From Octopus sinensis (taxonomy: Eukaryota), in assembly GCF_006345805.1 (NCBI RefSeq), contig NC_043005.1, forward strand, positions 69,874,001-69,938,000: 64,000 nucleotides of DNA, given 5' to 3'. The notes beneath the pieces were generated by a model. It did not search any database, was not told the origin of the DNA, and was given only the letters and a program-made list of their open reading frames with translations. Every line of letters begins with the position of its first letter. Position 1 is the stretch's first letter. Below are positions 56,730-64,000 of the stretch, piece by piece. A program made the translations under genes and the position numbers.

Positions 56730-57200
56730 TCACGAGAAAATATTTCATTTGGCCAAATTCCATTCCTATATCAGCTGAAAATGTTATTTTTAATTCCAGT
56801 TGTTTATTGACACTGTAAATATTTTTAGCATAAATCGTGATGTCATCTACAAATAAATTATCGGTAACTTTAAATGTATGTAGCAGTTGCACATCCTATC
56901 ATACAGCCATGTGATTTTTGTAGTAGAGGGGATAATGGATATAGCACCAAAATTAACAAAATTACAGAGAGACTATCTCCTTGTAATATTGTATTTGAAA
57001 TATTTATGGTATTTGAGACTGTCATTCCTCTCTCAGTTTTAAGTGTTAGAATTATCTCTCAAGTCTTTGTGAGTCACTCACTGTCAAAAAATATTAAAGT
57101 AACAGGAACTAAGGAGAAACGGAGACACTTCAGTAGCAACGGGTAGGGAATTGAGTCAAAGGCATTCCTATAATCAAGCCATACTGTTGTAAGGTTCCTA
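56730..57200 (-). pseudogene. Non-LTR retrotransposon RT core (R4/Dong-like)
   Basis: Minus strand WLDYRNAFDSIP, ILQGDSLSVILLIL and LFVDDITIYAK..FSADIGMEFG in the correct RT order. Confidence 0.85.
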
Positions 57201-58099
57201 CGATATATTTTAAAAATCTATAGCATTAGAACTGTTTATCAAAAGTTGATCGATACATCCCCACATTCCTTTCTTCTTTCCGCTGGCCTGCTCATCGCAT
57301 GCATGTATGTGTATATATGTGCATGCATCTATGTATGTATATCATTGTTCAGTTTCATTTCAAGATTTCTTGCAAATGGAAAAAGAGCCGCTTTCTAACG
57401 TAGATCCAAGGCTCCTTCATTGGAAATTCAGCATCAACAACAGGGTATTTCTGTTAGTAAGTATGTATGTATGTGTATGTGCAGATGTGTATGTATTCTC
57501 ATGCATATAGTTACATATCTAAACTTGCTCATATATACTTAAAAGATAAAGCTCTCGAAAGTTTTGCAGGTTTTACAGTTGCAGTGATGGATTGGATTTG
57601 TAGTCTCCGAATTAGCTTTCTCCTTTCCGGTTTTGAGAAGCCTAATTTCACAAGATTGTTATTTATGCGGTGTTAGATTTTACAGACTGGAATTAAAGAT
57701 GCCTAAATTCCCTATATCTGTAAATATACACGAAATCACGAAACAACTAACTCGTCTAAGTAATATCTATGTATATTGGATCAGTGAACAAAAGCGAAAA
57801 GATAAAAAAGACAATTAAGGAAGAGATACATCATAAAGTTTCGGATGTACTCCTTCACTTTCAGAAAAGTGTATGAGGAAATTAAATGCTTTTGAGCACA
57901 AAAATTTAACGCGGTGAGCAGGTGTCTCAATATATGGTACTATGAGGAATGATTTACTATGGTTGATGCGGGAGTTCACTATAGGTGTTTATGTTTGCAT
58001 TGTTGGAAAAAGAGGGAGAGTAGTGTGCTTGTGATATTGAGGGCTGCGTATATGTATTGCGGGGTGCGTATATGTAATGAAGGGTGCTTTTATGTACTA

Positions 58100-59200
58100 A
58101 GGTGTGCTAATACAGATATATAGTGGCATGGATTAGCGATGGTTGGTGAGTTTCGGCGTGTATAATAGGAAGGCGGCGAAATATAGGACATGTGGAAGGT
58201 AATACTTTGACGTGAATGTAGGTTCGAGAAAATGTGGGACTGATAGAAGTGTATATTGTGATATGTCCTGGGTATGACACGAAAATGCACTAACACCCAA
58301 GTTATACCTATCAATATCCGATCTATGGATTAAATAGATATTTTAAGGGCAGTGGCGAAAGCAATCAATCAAGCAAGCAAACACAAAAATTAATACCCTC
58401 TCTCTTTATATACCCAAACCGAGCGCAGAACTGTATAGCTGATGAACATAATATGATGTTAGTCCAGTAACATAGATTCATAGTTTGGAGGCTACTATCA
58501 CGTCAGTGCTCAAACGATTGTTATATGGTGGCTGAGATAGCAGGGTGTGATTTTGAGGCTCTTAATGTGGAGAAAGTAATGTACAAGATTGGGGAAATTG
58601 GTATAATGCAATACGTGGAAGAAAGAAACTTAGTGTAATGGATGGATAATAGTGATACACTTAGAGGCACAAGAGGAATATGATAGACGCAAAAGTACCA
58701 GATTGACACAGAAGGGGAAAACTAAAGGAAAAGAAGACGAAAAGGATAAGAAAAAAGAGTACAAGCGTGTTCAGACAGAAAAACGATAAATTGGGGGAAA
58801 ATTTAGAATAATTATTACAATAAATCACTGTAAAAAAAATTGATTACATTATTGGATAAAAAATACAGTATTGGTGAAAAGTCGTACACAAGTGATCAAT
58901 AGTGCAGGGAAAAGAGAAATGCCAATAGTACAGTGAAGATCTGAGATAGAGAATCTCATAAGGTAACCGATACGTACGCAAGTGCTTGACTGATTTTATG
59001 GCGTTTATAACAGAGGACATCCCTGATAGCAAATGGTGAATGTGATAAGAAAAATATTAGAAAATATCAATGTCAAGGAATTTAATCTCAACGAAATTTT
59101 TGTATGAGTTGTTCCAGTTACACGTTCAAGCAAACATTGTGTAGGAATTGAAAGCTCTTGGTCAAGAGAGTGAGAGAAACAGAGATAGGCTGAAGTGCGG
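58100..59200 (-). pseudogene. Possible decayed Penelope-like RT remnant
   Basis: Weak, ordered resemblance to PLE words (FSNIF..INAIK, PILYI, IFRRLPII); many disruptions. Confidence 0.3.
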
Positions 59201-60799
59201 TGGTGTAGACGAGTAAAGTGGAGGCACAACAACTCGGACGGGAGACGGGAAAGAAACTAGGCTGCAGACGTAATATGGGGAAAGAGTTGCAACGGACGTT
59301 GAAGCTGCGAATATTGAGGACACACTTAAACGCAGGAGTGTATACAAGAAGGTATAAGCGGGAGAGCACATGAATGTGGTACCTGGCTCACCGACTGACG
59401 TCTGTGAGAGTTAATGTGCAATCAAAGTCACAAAATAACCTAACTAATTTTATTGCTGCTATACAAGTCTATAGCACGGTAAGAAAAATGTGATGGAATA
59501 TTTTTGTAGCATATTATCATTTACAAGTAATTACTATGTAGACAATATTTTTAAAATAACAGTTACGATAGTGTACCACAAATATCCTCGGTTATTTTCA
59601 TGTACAATTATCTACTAAAATCATTTTAACTGCAAATATTTTTGTACATTTTACCCGAATATTGAATAGTAAAATACATTATCTGCAGCATAACATATTC
59701 GATATTGATCTTTTTGTTTGTCGCTGGCGCTATTCATGCTATCTGCGCAAAGCAAAAGCAAATTATTGGGTTAAGCATGGGCTAGAAATTACATTTGTTT
59801 GAATACTAAGGCACAAAAATATATGAAACGCATATGCGCAGGGTTGGGTTACTGAACAACCAGATGAAGTCCCTTTCTTCATCCTAACCGAAATCTGCCT
59901 CTCACGAAATTATTCAAATATAGGCTGTTTATGGAGAACTTGCATCTTTCAACTACGTTGAGTCTCATAACAGATTGAAATGAACTATTGTCATAGGATT
60001 TGAGTGAATCAACTTCTCAACACAAATGAGGGTCATGGCGTGACTATATGAGTTTTCTAGCGGAAACCTTAAACGTTTCCAGTCGACTTAGAAATTTATT
60101 TTAAAAAATGAATATAATTTTAGCTTTTCGAATTGACATATACTGAAGATGCTAACCTAAAAAAGAAGAAAAGAAAAAACAGATCTAGAAATTTTAACAT
60201 CCTGTTTCTGGATTGCTTTCCAGATACTTCGATATTAAAAACTTCCCTCTCAACCCGAATATACATGCAATAGAAAAGTTTTATACTAATGTATGTATTT
60301 TTACTGGCTTTACTAAATGCAAAAGAATTGTTTTGGACCTAGCGGTAAGAAACTACATACATGATCATTAGCCATCATGTCATGTTTAAAAAACACACAT
60401 TTCTCAGATTATGACATACAATCCATTGTCTCAGCATTATATACCCAAAGTTTAAACGGCCACAGAAGTGCAATTCATCTGTTTGGTAGTTATGGATATA
60501 TGAATGAAACAATCTTAAGCTTAATTAATCCTGTCGTTTCAAATTTCGGGCGGTTTAAATATCCACTTTCTTTGACTGCAAACTTAGCAAGAAATAGATT
60601 ATAATAAATTACGAAAATACGCTCATCACACATTCTGTTACAAACTGTTTACAAAAACTAATGCAGCTTAATGCGGGAAGAAAGACATTCGCTTAATAAA
60701 GTGACCTTAAACAATCAATCAAATTTACTATTAGTATCACCTGCTTCTTTAGAGAGCAGAAACAAACCAATACTTGACCTAGACAGTATGGTCCCCAGA

Positions 60800-62040
60800 A
60801 GATTATGAATGCTATCATTCATACGCAAGGGCTTGCTGACGGAAAACTGTGCTACTGACAAAATCAAGTAGACACGCAAGTTATTCTAACTCGTTTGAAA
60901 ACAGCACCTCTACATGTGACCACAGTTTTCATTGATCAAAACTCTAGTGTATAATCCACAGTTCGTATAACCATGCAAAGATATGTCTGATTTTCCTCAA
61001 ACGAATTATATTATTTTCAGTTATTACGATGTTGTTCATGTATGTAACATTACCGGAGTAAACGATGAGATTATCTTCCTTAAGGTGAATCGCCATACAT
61101 ACATAACATGCTGGAACACTTTCTGACAGAACCTGTCATATAAGTTTTCAAATAGTAAAATAAGTCATTTATAGGAATTTTTTTTTCACTAACGCTACAC
61201 ATACTTATCCTTAATATGTCCGAAATGATGATAAGATTAAAATATCTGACTTCCTGCAACATCATCATTTCTACTTTGCAGTTGTTACTTCATACAGCTT
61301 TAACAGTTATTTGATGGAAATTATCTGCAGCACAGATTTTATAGGTCTTGACTCAAGTAAAGTTTCCAACAGAGAGAGATGTTACGTGTTTTCAAATATG
61401 TAACTGCAACTGGAGTCTGTGAAATATTAACTGCGTTGCATTGTTTCCTGGGGGGAAAACCGAAAATGCTATTGTCAACTGAACGAAGTAAATGCAACAA
61501 GTTTTGTGGTGTTTTTCGGGGTACACTATTTGATTCAGCTCTCTCTGATATTTACAGAATTGATATCACAAATCTTAACTGCGATGCTACATTAAAACTT
61601 CAACTTCTCAGTTGCAGGCAGAGGAGCCAAATGTGTGTGTTACAGCTTTGAGTTTCCACTATATTCAATATACACTGATCCTGTAAGCCAAACAGGGACT
61701 ATTTTTAGCAACCGTGAATAACTTGAATAATGCATAAATATATTTCGAAACGAAATCTTAACGAAGGTCTGAAAGCCTGCGTTGAACAACATTACATGGA
61801 CCTACATATTATAGCGTAGGAAATATTCTTCGTGGATTAAATGATACCTCACAACTTAAAACGCTTCCTTACATGAAAAAATATTTTCATTAAACAGTGA
61901 AACTAACTACAAATTAGTTCTTCAAAAATCTTTCAGGGAATTACATAACTGCACTTATCGCAGCAATCCATTTACCTCAACTGTTCAAATGTAATATTTT
62001 CTAGGCTTCATATTTTCCATGTGTTCTCTCACTTAAACAA
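60800..62040 (+). pseudogene. hAT (ZMYM1-like) transposase remnant
   Basis: KIMNAIIHTQGLADG (RQGLAxRG-like), FIGLDSSKVSNRE then MLRVFKYV (DESTDxSxxEQ..RYV-like), and FHVFSHLN (CxxHxLN-like), in the expected order. Confidence 0.6.
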
Positions 62041-64000
62041 TACTAATCAATAAGCACACGCATACACAATCATACATATATGCATGTACGTGTACTCATA
62101 TTTGTTTCTATGTCGACATGGTGAGGATCTGTAAATTTTCTACTGAACGTTGAATAATTTTGCGGGGAATTGGTTGTCGTAGTGCATATAAAGTTATATA
62201 GTGTGTAAATAATGGGCTGAAGACTGTTTTTGCTCAGTAAAATTTGAAATCTGTCTATGGGACTTGGGATTCGAAATCACGTCTCCAGCAGACACGACAG
62301 GCGTATTACCATTGTACCAATGCAAACCTTTGAATTTCAGAGTGAAAATCATTCATTCATTATGATATACTACGATGTAATTTGGAAAGTATTGGTGATT
62401 TACCATAACATTTCTGTAAATCACAGATATATATATATATATATATATATTGTATCCATCTATTTTCTCAAGCCGCTAAGTTACGAGGGCAGAAACAAAC
62501 ATTCACGGGTTGTAAAGCGGTGGTGGTGGTGAGTTTCACCAAACACAGATACAAAGACACACAAGCAGTCATTATTACAGGCAAGCACACACACGAGAGC
62601 GCGCACGCGCACACGTATTCACGACGAGCTTCTGTCAGGTTACTGTAACCGTATATATTAACAAAACTTTGGTTGACCAAGGGTTACGGCAGAACACACT
62701 CGATCAAGATTCTACGAATTAGGACTGACTTTCGAAGTATCGTGTATCAGAAGCAAAGTAATTACTAAACTCTCACGCTAATTATAATGGCCATTACAAT
62801 TTTGCAGAAGAAATTATTTCATGTATATTTAACAAATAAAATTATTAGATATTCTTAAGCTTCATTCGAATAGTATTAAGCTCACAGTATAGGAACAGAA
62901 TTTGATGCAAGTAATACGCTCTAATAGTAATTTTTTTTTGTAAGAATGAATGAAACCAAGTACATTAATGAAAATATTCTCTGGTGTATATAAAATAAAT
63001 CCGGATGTAATGTATACATTCGATATTCTATCTGATCATTTCACTGGATTATGTTTATGTTCTAATGAGATTCTTTTGCAAAACTCATAATGTTATACAA
63101 CACAAAAGAGTTGAAGATGCTTCTAATACTGATGCCATTACACTTTCTCTTTTTTAAATTCATGCAGTCCATTCACACCCTTTTTATTCATACTATCATA
63201 TTACAAAGTTTTTCAGAAATTCTTCTGTGGTTTCATATTTCGACATGTGCGTGTAATTTAAAAGCTGAATTTCATTGTTAATGCATCAGCAGAAATGTGA
63301 GATACCTACATATTATCACTGAAATTTCCTTAAGCTAGAAATGTTAATTCTTCAGGAACAATTATAAGGATTATAAACTGAACAATACGCAGACTGTATT
63401 GTTCATAGAGAGTACATTTTAGAAGAACAGAAATATAAGAATTGAAGTAAAACTTAGAGTATGAGTAATTTTTATAAGCTTTGTTGATGGCTCTACTACA
63501 ATATGATACATTTGTTTCCCGTCTTTTAGTTTTATTATTCAAGGGAGAAATTTAGCCTGAACAAGACACACATAAATTATTAACACACACACACACACAA
63601 CTTATTAAAGTTACTAGACGCAATTTAAAACCAAAATGCACAGGTAACAGATCAAAGAGTAAAAGAGAGAGAGAGTTGGTACAATAGTCACTAAATATCA
63701 CTAAGAGTGACAGTCATCAAGAGTATTGCAAGAAAGAGGAATCAAAACAACTCTTAACCACGAACAGATCATTTTCTGTTCAACAGAGCACTGTCTCTTG
63801 ACTGACAAGAGAGTCAACCTCCCCTCAGCAAGCGAGAGCACAAGATCGGCTGGCCGATATCGGATATAATAAATCCGCATCGGTGACGCTACTCCATTGC
63901 CTAGGGTTAAGCTAACTCGAATTGTCAGTTTGTAGACTATACTACAGGAATCAGTGACTGATTCCGTGAAATAGTAAAATAAAACTTATTAATTATTGAA

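Noticed and set aside
63780-63920. CpG-richer patch near the window end
   Set aside because: Short, with no defined motif or downstream context inside the window.

Overview
AT-rich, microsatellite-saturated eukaryotic non-coding DNA. The SINE families and (TA)n/(CA)n/(TATC)n density look like an octopus (cephalopod) genome; this is recognition, not a search result. I find no supportable host protein-coding gene, and nearly all supplied ORFs are microsatellite read-throughs or transposon relics. The window holds three TIR-bounded mariner relics, Tc1 and hAT remnants, Helitron(-like) elements, RTE, Tx1/L1-like and R4/Dong-like LINE fragments, Penelope-like element (PLE) fragments, several tRNA-derived SINE families and a near-perfect 1.37-kb tandem duplication. 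The main observation is a set of non-coding repeats of about 395-567 nt inserted into (TA)n tracts. They carry type I hammerhead ribozyme (HHR) motifs with palindromic stem-III loops and extended stem II, and they occur as circularly permuted partial-tandem arrays, often fused to an inverted arm. Six HHR motifs have intact cores and at least five more are point-degenerate. The architecture suggests retrozyme-like circular RNAs copied by a (TA)n-targeting Penelope-type RT/endonuclease priming on both target strands; that mechanism is inference. All coordinates were read by eye and may be off by a few bases.
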